A stretch of DNA of 61,338 bases, counting the filler, from Sphacelaria rigidula (Eukaryota), in NCBI GenBank assembly GCA_964200075.2. It is 11 parts of 11 records of this genome, joined end to end, with 100 filler letters (N's around TTAATTAATTAA, not from the genome) between each part and the next. Parts side by side here need not be neighbours in the genome. Positions count along the whole stretch, not along the records: positions 1 to 5,486 come from CAXNAA020026933.1; positions 5,587 to 11,072 come from CAXNAA020026934.1; 9 more parts are not named here. The stretch is one strand, 5' to 3'. Of the stretch, positions 1 through 11,172 are shown piece by piece. A program made the position numbers and the translations under genes. Under the pieces are notes generated by a model. It ran no database searches, had not been told where the DNA came from, and saw only the letters and a program-made list of their open reading frames with translations. The stretch's first letter is position 1; every line of letters begins with the position of its first letter.

Positions 1-149
1 CGCCCCACTCGGGTACGTCGTCTGCTCAACCCATCAAGATCTCTCGTGACAATTGCCTTGCTCCGCTATAAAACGGTGCACTGCGAGGAAGCGCGCCACG
101 GCCACACCAACACCTCACAAGTGCACATAATTGAGACCCACAAAACCCA

Positions 150-395
150 CTGGAAAACTCGGGAACGGTATACTGAGTGCAAATCATATCATATCACCAA
201 CCTCCAACCGCCCTGCGCTTGGAAACCTGCGAAGGCTTATCTGGGCCAGGGATAGGGTCCCCACACGATCTTTACAGTGGCGTCATACTCGCCAACAACC
301 CCAGCACTGGTCGTTCGGGTCTGGTCGATAATTTTCGCCTCGCTGTGATTGGGCAGGTCCCTCGAAGACTTGTTCTTTATTATTTCACTAACACA
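150..395 (-). pseudogene. Decayed copy of an unidentified protein-coding repeat (homologous to 40325-40570)
   Basis: Minus strand reads VSEIIKNKSSRDLPNHSEAKIIDQTRTTSAGVVGEYD..PIPGPDKPSQVSKRR and aligns to ISEMIKIKSGIDLPNHGRAKFIDQTRRTGAGMVAECDGPIPGPDKPSQISKAR at 40325+. Many differences fall at third codon positions. Confidence 0.6.
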
Positions 396-429
396 GGGTC
401 AACCCTGTATTAGTGGAGGGTCGGCCCAA

Positions 430-520
430 AAGGGTTAATCGGCGTAATGCATTTTACTTGACAAGGTAATGCATGATCCGGATGGACTACCCTCACGGTC
501 TAAGGGTTAACCCTTATGGC
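430..520 (+). repeat. Dispersed repeat shared with about 44180-44350
   Basis: atgcatgatccggatggactaccctca and cggtctaagggttaaccctt match atgcattatccagatggactaccctca and cggtctaaggggtgaaccctt on contig 8. Confidence 0.6.
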
Positions 521-3500
521 ATTCATTATCGACAAATAAACGAGATGGGAGAAGGTCTGAAATTTCGGCATTCGCCTAGGCCTCGTTATTATCTAGATCT
601 ACTATTGCTGTTACATATCCCATTGCAGATGGTGCTGATTTCGACGTTTTCTTGCCTTCGCCGGCAAGATAAAGGACAGGGTTATGCTACCTGCCCGTGT
701 ATGGCGTTCATAAGTGTGGTGAACATATTTCTCACAACCTCTCTGTGACACGGGGGGGCACTCGGACAGGCTAGGGCGTCATCAACCGGCTCTCTCGGGA
801 TGCTACAGAACACATATGAGTAAAAATACCGACTGTAGAAAGCCCCGTGCATAGATTGCAGCCTGCTTGCTTTCTGTGAGTTGTTTGCGCAGATACACCC
901 ACTCAAACCGCCAGCTATACACTTTTCGGACGGCGCGGTAGCGTACCCTCGTAGCAGCACTACAGGCAAGAAGGTAGCTACTGGTTTGTTTCTGCTCTTC
1001 GCTTCAAAAGTGCGTATGTCCGCAAACGACGACCACCGTGCGTGGCCCCAACAGCTCCAACACCGCTGCCGGGGCACACACCGTCTAAGGGGATAGATAC
1101 CGCCAACCCGCGGTGCCTTTTACTCTACGACATAGCCCAGGGTGTCACTAGCAAGGTTCCTGATGATTCTCGCATGCTTGCGAGCGCCGCGGCGTGCGCT
1201 AAGGGCAGCTCTGCGAAGTATTGTGCTAGGGCCCGAAATATTAGGCTTTCGCCAAAGGCGAAAAAATCTCGCCGCTTCATTTTGGGAGAAAGTGTAGGGA
1301 ATACCTCTTTGCAGTGACATATCAGAGACTGAGGCCACACATGTATGCAGACCCAGCGCAAGCAGGGACAAGATAGGAACGTTCCGGAAGGACCAAATCA
1401 CCGAAGACACTGTAATGCCGACGTAACTAGTAGAGGTGCTCACCTGAAAAAAATAAAACGATTCTAACCGTTTTTTGGAAACCCCAAAAGGCGTTAACCG
1501 GTTACGGTTATGAAAAAGAACAATGCAGACATGCCACTTCAACCCCATATTTTGCGTGAACCCCATTTTCTAGGATCCACTGTTCCCTGTTGTTTTATCG
1601 CTGGACCGTGTTTTGTTGAAAATCCGTGTTTGACCAAAAATGAAAGTGCGGCCAGCGGGAAATGCAAAGTTGTTGTGTAACGCCGGGGGCTAGTGTCACG
1701 TTTCCCACCACCACCCCCAAATTGAAGACGCGACGGAGTCTAAGAAGTGTACAGAAGGTTATATGGCCACTAGAGCGATGCAAAGCTTTAGTAAATGTCT
1801 AAAGCTACCTTCTGATAGCAGTCTGGCTCAATTCCACCCAGTGCAGCTCACAAACCAGCGATGGATACCCCCCAAAAAAGTTGTAACTATTTGTACAAGC
1901 AAAAACGTCATTTTCCAACATGCCTGTCCTTCACGCGACATAACATTACTCACTATTGACGAATGTCACAAAGCCGAAATTCTACAGGCAGGTACTACTA
2001 GACACTAGCCGTCGTTCAAGCCCTGGCAGACTTCAATTGAGAGTCGAAACAGTGCAATATCTGCAGTAGATAATCTTCACTTCACCCCAACTTCCAATTT
2101 TTAGACAAGGGTGTTGGCCGCCAAGAAGTGGAGGACTGGTAGGTACGCGTCTTATCTACACAGAGCAATTCGATTTGTGTCGATAGCTGCCGTGTGGGTC
2201 GGGTTATTGTCATCTCGGTAACGGATGTTATAACATGTGAGGTGCGGCGTGAAAACCCATCGGGTCACATGTGATATCCACATTGAGCAGTTAGTAATTG
2301 CGCCGCGTCCACTTGGTTTGTACCGTGCGGAATATCTTCTCCCGCAAGCATACATGCAACAACTAACTTTGCCCGCCAGTGGGAAAGACGTTCCAGACAT
2401 GTGCTTGCCCTTGTCGCTGGCGCGGCGCATGAAGCGTGCTTACGGGATCGCCGCCCAAGGTGTAAATGCAGACTCACGGTCTGCCGATTCCTTGTGTCGT
2501 CAGTGATACTGTAATCTGTCGGAAACAAAAGAGATATACCACGGAAACGGCGTCAGGGTTTGCTTCGAAGCATAGGTAGTCACATCGACTGTCCGGTGTG
2601 ATGGAGACCGAAGTTTGGTGGGCAATAATTAAGAGTTGGGGACGCAGAACATCATCCGATGTTCCTCCAGCGTCCAGTACTTGGAACAACTGTTCTGCGA
2701 CATGGAGGATGGATTTACGTGTTCCATTTTTATCACGTGCCCGCCCCCCCCCGCCCCCCCCCCCCTCCATCACCACAGCACATATACATATAGGACCCCA
2801 GAAATTGGTTATCGGATTTCAATCTTGTATGGCATGCGGAAATTGGTGATAGCTATCTGTACGTGAAGGAATGCAGGCATAGTTCGAAAAATTGGTCCAC
2901 ACATCTGAAGATTGTAATGAACCGACTTATTATCGTCAATAAACCGAAACCGTTGTCCTCAATTTTCACCATCGGTTCTTATCAATCACACCAAATATTC
3001 GTGGCGGTTCGCCCGCTGTGCAAAGCGCTATGAACGCCGCCTCACGGCTGAAGTCCACGCGCGTGCGGTGGTCGTGTTGCACAGTATTCCATAAGGTTTT
3101 CTGCAACACCACGCCTTGATCATCATTTTCGCTTTATTTGTCGTTCGTTCCATCAGTATCACGCATTATCTTGAGATCCAACCAGCGATTCGCCCAAGGG
3201 TGAAGCTGGACGACCCGCCGTAGACGTCTGCACACAAGGGCGCACTGCATCAAGCACTCTACGCACGCGTAACTTCCGCATCAACCCTACGCACGGGTTA
3301 CGACTTCCGTCTGCAGAAGATAAGTCCCACGGTTACTTATATACCTACGCAACTCATCTGCATGACACATGTACGACTTTCGCTACAGGTGCAATCAAAA
3401 CGTGAATTCGTCGTCGTCGTCTTTGACCGCTTTCGATGCCGAATCCTCTACCTCTGAGTCGCTACACTCGGAGTCTGAATCTCCAAGCCAGATCCCGGCT

Positions 3501-3708
3501 GAATGCTTCGATCCGCCCTCTGTGGAACCATCTCGACCGCCGTCGCAACAACTGCGACTGGCAGGATCTGGTCCCGGATCCGATCCCTCCCGCTACCCTC
3601 GCCATCCTCCCGCCATCTCGTCGGAAGCACTCCTCCCCACGACCAATATCAATACCTGCCCCCGGGGCCTTCGTCGCTCCATTCGCCTGCCCCCCGCCAC
3701 GCAACGCC

Positions 3709-3785
3709 GCCGACCCGCCCGTTCCATGGTTCGCCGCTGACCCGCCCCTTCCACGGTTCGCCGTGGATCCGCCCCTCCCCTGACG
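3709..3785. repeat. About 3 x 27-bp imperfect tandem repeat in the Gly/Arg-rich tail of the Academ-like ORF
   Basis: The unit gacccgcccgttccatggttcgccgct recurs with 27-bp period. Confidence 0.7.
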
Positions 3786-4599
3786 ACGTCGGCGGCATGT
3801 ATCGACATATGCTCCGGCGGAATCACCTGTAGCAGTAGCGTCGGTCGCTGGGGCAGGGGGGTGGGGGCAAAAAGCAGCGGCCCTGGCGACCACAGCTCAG
3901 CGTACAATTCCCCAAACATCTGCAATCTCGGTACCGGTGACATTTTTGCGCCGCCCTTTCCGGCTTGCACGCGCATCTCAGGGTTCGCACGTTCCCGGAT
4001 GTATCGACATACGTGTGGCTTGATAAATATACAACTATGTTGTCCCGTGTAAGCTCCACCACCCCTCTGGTCGCCGCCTTTACCACACCCTTGTGGTGAG
4101 TCTTCTTTTCCGGTTTAACGCCCCATCCGCGCCCGTTGAAATTTGCTGTTGCCATGCTCATCCCAAAGCCCCCCCCCCCAGTATTCCAATACTGCGTCGG
4201 CCTTATCCACGTGCTTCTGGCAGGCGTCCAAGTCCGGGCAGCATCGGGAAGGCATGTGCCCATGTATTGTGGTGATGCACAGACGAATCTCGTTCACGAA
4301 AGACTCCAGATTCTGCCCTGTCGTGGTGAAAAGATGTCCAAGATCCGCGGCGACTTGCGCGAATGAGTTTTTGTACCTGAAGAAAAACAATCGTGGCCAG
4401 TAGCTTGACCCCCTCGTCCACTTCCACCCTCGCCCTACCCTCGTCGATCACCACTATCGCTTTCGTGAACAGATTCGGCGTTCCAAGTGCCTTCAGAATA
4501 AACTCCCACATTTTGAGGAAGGGAAACCCGGATACACGCGGCAGGAAGTCGCGGCCAGCCAATTGATAGGTGAAAACAAACAGCGCCACCTTTACAGGA

Positions 4600-4856
4600 G
4601 AGTGATGCTACGGTAGGGGTGCACAAATATTTTCTAGGGTTAGAATTGTTAGGAGCCCTTGATATCATCCAAAATAGGTGTTACGAAAATATGTGAGAGT
4701 ACCCCAGGATTACTATTCTAATGTGCTGGGAATATCCCGACTGAATTTGCAAATGGGAATGTCGTGACCCATATTCTTGTGCATCTAGAATCGTTAGGAG
4801 GCCCTGAATCAGACAACATTTCGCGTAAGAAGTGCACCCCTACCGTAGCATTGCTC
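4600..4856. mobile_element. 257-bp MITE, Sola2-like (GAG...CTC ends, 4-bp TSD AGGA)
   Basis: 25-bp TIRs match at 23/25 (gagtgatgctacggtaggggtgcac / gtgcacccctaccgtagcattgctc). AGGA at 4596-4599 and 4857-4860. Removal restores the host ORF frame. Confidence 0.85.
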
Positions 4857-5486
4857 AGGATGCGTCATCCAATCATACTGTCCGTCGGGAGGCCACGCAC
4901 TTTCGCTCCCGTCCCTCAGAGTCACGATGGCGCCGCACACCCTGTTCACCACTATGTACCGAGAGCCTCCGTTCACAACGCGTTTGACAGTTACCTGCAC
5001 CGCGTTGGAGCCCTGTGGCTCGATATACCCGCAGGACATGGCCAACAGGACAAGTATCCACTGATCAGTATCAATCGAAGTCACGAGCCATTTCTTCAAA
5101 TGCTTCTGAATTAACGTCCCGGAGTGAATGATGAAGTGCACTGCGGACATCTCCCCCTCACCTATGCCGGGTCCAGCTGCGCTATGGATGCTCCGGTCAG
5201 GCCCCTTGCCATCACGCCACCACAACAGATGGGTTGCAAGTCACCAATTGAACGGTGCCCCCCCCCGCACGTTGTAAATATCGCTCTGCTGCCGCCGCTG
5301 TGTCCACCCTCCCGCTCTCTGATGACGCCGCGAGGGACGAAGGTGGAGTCGCCCGGACCCCCCCGTCGGCGCCGACACCAGCGCGTGGCGCCCTTCTCGG
5401 CGCCGCCGCCGCCTCACCTTGTCCCCTGCCTGTCACCACCTCAAGATATGTCCGCGGGGGCGCCCTTGCCAGATCGCTGCAATCGA

Positions 5487-5586
5487 NNNNNNNNNNNNNN
5501 NNNNNNNNNNNNNNNNNNNNNNNNNNNNNNTTAATTAATTAANNNNNNNNNNNNNNNNNNNNNNNNNNNNNNNNNNNNNNNNNNNN
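5487..5586. other. Artificial contig linker (first of 10: also 11073-11172, 16659-16758, 22244-22343, 27829-27928, 33414-33513, 38999-39098, 44584-44683, 50169-50268, 55754-55853)
   Basis: N44 + TTAATTAATTAA (stops in all six frames) + N44, spaced 5585-5586 bp apart. Confidence 0.98.
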
Positions 5587-5651
5587 GTTCCCGTTGTAGG
5601 GTAAAACTCCGCAGCTGCAGCGTTGAGCCTCGATGTTGGCACCGTCGACAT
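5587..5651 (-). CDS. Probable first coding exon of a PAM2-motif (PABP-interacting) protein; truncated by contig end
   Basis: ATG at 5651 gives MSTVPTSRLNAAAAEFYPTTG. SRLNAAAAEFYP fits PAM2 S-x-L-N-x-x-A-x-E-F-x-P. A candidate acceptor (ctag|) lies 10 nt upstream. Confidence 0.45.
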
Positions 5652-7466
5652 AGCCCACTACCTAGACAGTATGTTGTGTTACCATTGACACGACACGCAG
5701 ACAAGCCAGTAGGTTAACTCACCCTCCCTTACTTACTGGTTGTGTTGTCGACGGAGTTAGCCTACCCCGACACAACCAACCCCAGACGGGTGGCGGTCGG
5801 GAAGGGCAAGCTTTGCCAGTAGTCCTTGAAGGCTTTAACTCCAAATTATAATTAGCGGCGCGCGGAGAAGAATGCAACGAGGTAAAGACCAATCATTCGA
5901 TCGAAAACATGCGGTCGAAAGGCTTGAAGCAGCACTTGACTCCTATCTTACAGACCACCACGCCAGATAAACCTGTTCACAGAACCATGCAAACTCCATC
6001 AAACTCATTCTCAGCTACCACCGCAACCCTGCAGCATAGAGCACGAGTTGAGAACAGGGATAGATACACTGCCGTAATGTAGTCGGGTGTGCTTTGTTTA
6101 TTTTTGTTGCGCATCTTCTCTCATGGTAGGCATCCGGGACGGAACTACGTTGTGGGGTGGGCAACCGACTCCTTTGCACGCTAATGGACAGTGCAGGTAG
6201 CACAAAACTGCACGTTGCTGACGTCCTCTTCACGTCGAATTGTAAACAGAGAGGACTGCTAGCCCTGGACTGTCTGCACTGCACGTTGCCCGCTTCTCCG
6301 TTATAACCTCCTGTACGAAGCACGCACACACGCACCCAAGACACTGCTTGCAAGCGGTGCAGACAATATAATAGACTGTCCGTACTGTACACGAGTGACC
6401 ATGTGCCGTTTCATGAATTTCACTCTCTTTCGTCGATTGAAAGCTTGAAAATCAGGGAGGCACTGGGCCCACAGATGGGGGCAAGAATTATGAGTGGAAA
6501 GGTTTCTCGACCAATCAGAGTATCAAAATACACCAAAATGCGGCGACCTCTTTTCAATCGGATGAGAGAAACGAGTGGAAGATAAGTCAAAAAGCAGCTT
6601 TGATTGGTCCACACGTTGCGCCGCTGCGACACAGACAGCTGCTACCGGCAATAAATGAGGATACAGCAGCTCCGTGCTGGCTCATTTTGTTTGTCCCAAC
6701 CTGCACGCACCCGCCTGGCGTGTCTTCCCCGATCACAGCACCCGACTATAACTGAAGTACCAGAGAAGACTCAACAGACAGCTGTTCAGCCGTCACGTGA
6801 CGATTGTTTCAACCTTTCTTTGTTTCGACAGCACCTTGATCCCACCCCAATTCTGTGCAGCCCGAAACAAGGCATGCAGCAGTACAACTGCTCAGGCACT
6901 CTCCAGTGCACATCGCACCATGATCATCGAAGAGTGTTTAGATGCCCAACAGCACAGCGAGAACTACAGCATAGAAATTATGGGCTTGGGGAGCGCCTTA
7001 TTCCCTTGACTCGAAACCAAACAGCCAACACACAATGAACGTTTCAACGGTGTGTAGAGAACACTGCGTGCTGACAACGTTATTTTTCGTAGAGACGAAC
7101 GGAATGATAATATAAAGCAACTCAGACACTCCCAGCGGAGATAAAACCGTCTCCACAGAGGCCTGAAGACGCCACAGCGCAGCGACAGCTACAGCGCACA
7201 AGACAGAGCATGAGTGTGCTTGTGCTGCAGCACAGTGGTACAGGACATGCCACACGTGGACAAATAGCACTCTGTAGGACGAGCTGCACAGGGTTCTCCA
7301 CAGTCTTTATGAAAACCCCTGTGTAGCATTTGCAAACCTTAGTACGAACCTGTAATAGCATTTTGCATGGCGTTTTTGTCGAAACCCTGCAACCAACGCT
7401 GTGGAGAGACCTTCCCCATTTTGGAAAATTCCAAATTATTTTGGTACAAAATCTGTAAATTTATCT

Positions 7467-7793
7467 CGGACAGCAGGAGAAGCTATTCAAAACAGATCCT
7501 TTTTTCGCCCAATTTATTTGGGCAAAATATATATATATATATATATATATTTCGAATAGCAGAAGAAGCTGTTCGAAATAGATCCTTTTTCGCCCAATAT
7601 AAATGGGCGAAAAAAATATCTATTTCGAGCTTCTTCTACTGCGCAAATCCCATGCACACTCGCAGATTTGGAATTTGAACAGCAGAAGAAGCGCGAAATA
7701 AATCCTCACTTTGCCCTCTAATTTATCCGGAAATCGGGCAAAAAGATATTTATTGCGAACAGCGTCAGCTGGGCATATCCCGCATGCTGCACC
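7467..7793. repeat. Degenerate palindromic/MITE-like repeat
   Basis: Three copies of agcagaagaagc..cgaaatagatcc.tttt.gccc and an imperfect hairpin at about 7561-7637 (tttcgccca..tgggcgaaa). Confidence 0.55.
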
Positions 7794-8292
7794 GTTATCA
7801 GCATATGAGATCCGACAAGCAGAAAATATGTTGAAAGTATTTCATCCTTTTGCTCCCCGGTCCATGCACATGTGCTAAAGGATGAATAATTCTCAACAGC
7901 TTTTGCTGAATGAAGATCCGACACACTGATTACGATGGAGGTACGACGCTTCCGCTCAAGACGTGGATGTTGGTATGATGGTGTGTACCTCGCATATGAT
8001 TGCACATTGCTTTTGAAAACCCCCGTGGTACGCAGTCTACCAAAATCTCTCAACCGAGTGTGCTTTTGTTTAGAGAAGTTTTTGTATGATATTAATTAGA
8101 AGCGCAAAATATCTACATAGGCAACCTGACGCACTCCCGAGCACAACAACGTGAGTTCCATTCCTACCCCTGCCACCTCTCGACCGTTTTTTTCTGCCAG
8201 TACCATACTCATGCTGTATGGAGTATATGGTATGTGTGCTATGAAGGCTGCACAGCATATTAACAGCGGTAAATTCTACACGGGAGTGACGA

Positions 8293-9798
8293 AACCCTGG
8301 TTCACGGAAAACCCCCCAAATTCTGTCATCAGCAAATGCCTTCTGCAACACGCACCCAATAGTCGCATACATGGTATCATACTAACCGCAATGAACAGAT
8401 GAAGAGGGTGACAGAGCCGGATTTTTGTTCAAGGCTAAGTGGTGACGCTATGGACAAAAATGTGTTTTGACCAATCAGCGCCTTTCAAATTGTTCCGAAA
8501 TTGAAAACACGACTTCCAAGCCCATATTCCACCGAATCTCCACATGCTTCAAATCGTAGTGACCGTCATCACCTCAAAAATCTAACGGGAGAAACAGATT
8601 TGAAAACGGTTCCAACGGGGTCAAATTATACCCGAAACCGTAATGTTTCGGTGATATGGAGTTTGGCGTCGTCTAATTTCCACTCATGATACGCAAGAAA
8701 GACTCAGGGAGCCACGTGACGGTTTCCCTTATATCTGTTGTAGACAAGCTCAGATCATCCTCGAACTTGGCAGTTCCGTAGGTATTGATGCTCCGAATGG
8801 AAAAATTGTGTCCTGGGCGAGGGTTCACAGTTTCTCCGTTCTCTACCGGCTTCCGGCGGTCCCAGTACAAAGACCCCCGAAGGGCGGTACAGAATGACTC
8901 GAAAGAAAAAAAAATGATGCGTCCCGGGATGGTCCAAGGAATACATGTACGAAGTTTGGTGGGGAAAATCGAAAATTTCATACAACTCTTCTGCCTTGAC
9001 GTAAAACTCACCCTAAAAGATGGTATCATTCTCAAACCAAGTAGTTAGGAGTTTGCACGTTTTGAGCTCACATCCTCGCACAAACGCGCATATCTTCACG
9101 CATTTATCAGGAGTTGGACCCTGAAGCTTTGCACAAATGTGCTATACATCACTACGCAAGTTTTGATCAACGAGTTTTTTCTAATTCTTGAATATTTTAC
9201 CGTTTTTCTGGGGTCCGACGAGATCCAAGTCGTTCTTCGAATTCGTCCATTCTGGGACCCCGGAGAACCGGCACTACGGTATTTTTTCATTTTTCTCGCA
9301 AACGCTCTGTAGCCGCAAAGCCCAAGGAAGAACCCCACAAAGTTTCGTGGCCAAAATCGATTGACTGGTGCTTGAATTTTCATGTTCACGTCAAAGACCC
9401 CAAAACGCCATTTTCATACTAAAATCTAGTAGTTTGCCGTTTCACCGTGGCACGGCAGGTTTCATCGCACAAACGCGAAAAACTTCACGCCGTTTTAAGG
9501 AGTTAGACCCTAAAAGTTTGCACAACTGTGCTATGGGTCATTACGCAACTTTGGATGTACGAGGTTTATTACTTTATTTTTTACCGTTTTACGGTGGTCC
9601 AACTGGATCGAAGTTTCCCTGAATAAACTGGGACCCCGGAAAGACGGTGAAAACAGTCACAAAGAAAAAAAACTCGACCTTGGAAAGTTGCGTAATGACC
9701 CATAGAACACCTGTGCAAAATTTCTGTGTCTAACTGCTTGAAACGGCGTGAATTTTTGCCGATGAGGGTTTTGGGGTTTTTTTCCGTGAACCAGCCTG
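8293..9798. mobile_element. About 1.5-kb non-autonomous TIR element (Tc1/mariner-type), copy 1
   Basis: TIR core ctggttcacggaaaa at both ends, with TA after the right end (9799-9800). Colinear in reverse with 53417-54816. No coding capacity seen. Confidence 0.8.
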
Positions 9799-10319
9799 TA
9801 AAGCAGAATAATAAATTAATTAATTATTGTTCGGGGATGAGATGGTTGGTTGGTCGGTTGGTTGGTTGGTTGGTTGGTTTTGTATTTTATTTTTTGGAAA
9901 AAGGAAAGACAACATGTTATGGCAATCAGATTTTGGCCCACGAATTGTTCACTTTTGGGTAGAGCTCGGAAATGTTATCAGTTATAACCGGCCACGATCA
10001 TCATAATGGTAATAATGATAATGGTAACACTTCGTATGAGAGTTTGGGATAATGGTTCCAAACCATTATTTACCGTTACCGGCTACGTACGCTACATACA
10101 GCCCTTGGAAATTGGCCCATATTTAACGTACTTTTTAGCTCTAGTGAAGCCAAATCGCGTAAAAACGTGCCTCCGGCACGGCGCCTCCACCGGGGCCCCC
10201 TCTGCCGGGAGGGGGCTTTTTGGCTCGCGGCTGCATCGCTCGATGATCAAACGATTACACACGTCAGACAGATCAGCTCCCTTTAGCTCGAGCTAGCTCT
10301 TTTTGACCGTAGCTCCCTA

Positions 10320-10735
10320 GTGCGCTATGAGAGCTACATGAGCTACGCATGTTTTCCTGGGGTGAGCTATGAGAGCTGTATGAGCTACGCATGATTACCG
10401 TACGTGAGCTACCAACCCGTAGGTCATCAGCTCATATTCGTCCTGGGTGAGCTATGGGAGCTGAATGAGCTACGCACGTTTGCGGTGGGTGAGCTACCAA
10501 CCCGTAGCTCATCAGCTCAGATTCGTCCTGGGTGAGTTATGAGAACTGCATGAGCTACGCATGTTTTCCCTGGGTGAGCTATGAGAGCTGCATGAGCTAC
10601 GCATGTTTGCCCCGGATGAGGTATGAGAGATGCATGGGCCACACATATTTGCTCTGGATGAGCTATGAGAACTAGGTGAGCTGCGAATAATTGCCCTGGA
10701 TGAGATATGAGAGCTATGAGAGCTATGAGAGCTCC
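10320..10735. repeat. Degenerate 42-bp minisatellite (GAGCT-rich)
   Basis: Unit approx. gggtgagctatgagagctgcatgagctacgcatgttttccct, repeated with variants. Confidence 0.85.
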
Positions 10736-11008
10736 GATTGCTTATCCCTTTGATCGCAGGGGTAGGAGGTCTCTGAATCGGCATCATTCACACCCGGAAA
10801 ATAAAGTGAATCATGCTGATTTATCAGATCGCCAGCCCTCGTGGTCGAAGGGCTAACCCCTTGACGGCGAGCATAAGTCATCTGTTGAATCGGCTCCAAT
10901 TTCACTTGAATAACGTATGCATGACCAGAATGGACTCGTGCCCTCGCGGCCAACCGATCAAAATAAATGAATCGGTCGATTATTGTAAACACAGAATACT
11001 AGTAGCCG

Positions 11009-11072
11009 GTCGCCCCGGTGGCTCAGTTGGTAACCTCGTAACCTTCTGATGGTTGAGTTGTGGGGTTCGATT
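11009..11072 (+). mobile_element. tRNA-derived SINE-like head (Pol III A/B boxes), cut by contig end
   Basis: TGGCTCAGTTGG (A box) and GGTTCGATT (B box). The 5' end gtcgccccggtgg is identical to that at 22731 (minus). No proper cloverleaf. Confidence 0.6.
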
Positions 11073-11172
11073 NNNNNNNNNNNNNNNNNNNNNNNNNNNN
11101 NNNNNNNNNNNNNNNNTTAATTAATTAANNNNNNNNNNNNNNNNNNNNNNNNNNNNNNNNNNNNNNNNNNNN

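Larger units (their letters stand above)
3395..5486 (-). mobile_element. Decayed AcademX-like DNA transposon ORF, C-terminal half (PIN/XPG-like nuclease, Cys-rich finger, acidic tail); runs off contig
   Basis: Ordered motifs across frameshifts: GIGEGE..WLVTSIDTDQWILVLL; YQLAG(R/C)DFLP; CPDLDACQKHVDKADAVLEYW..FNGRGWG; RCACK..KC..DCRCLGNCTLSCG(R/C)QGRC; DSDSECSDSEVED..DDDDEFTF-TGA(3397-3395). The XPG + Cys-finger order matches Academ (AcademX) proteins. The DDE domain and TIRs are not in the window. Confidence 0.65.

Noticed and set aside
1686..1700. 15-mer ggggctagtgtcacg shared with 43790-43804 as a possible transposon end
   Set aside because: Flanks do not align and no TSD. One such match is plausible by chance in 61 kb.
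2160..3360. Possible additional ORF next to the Academ-like gene
   Set aside because: Only short frames with no recognisable motif on either strand.
4609..4847. Alternative reading of the MITE as a TA-flanked mariner type
   Set aside because: That excision leaves a TAG stop in the host ORF. The GAG..CTC/AGGA reading restores an open frame and agrees with the contig-8 copies.
11009..11072. Intact tRNA gene
   Set aside because: No convincing anticodon or acceptor stems, truncated, and shares its head with a dispersed repeat.
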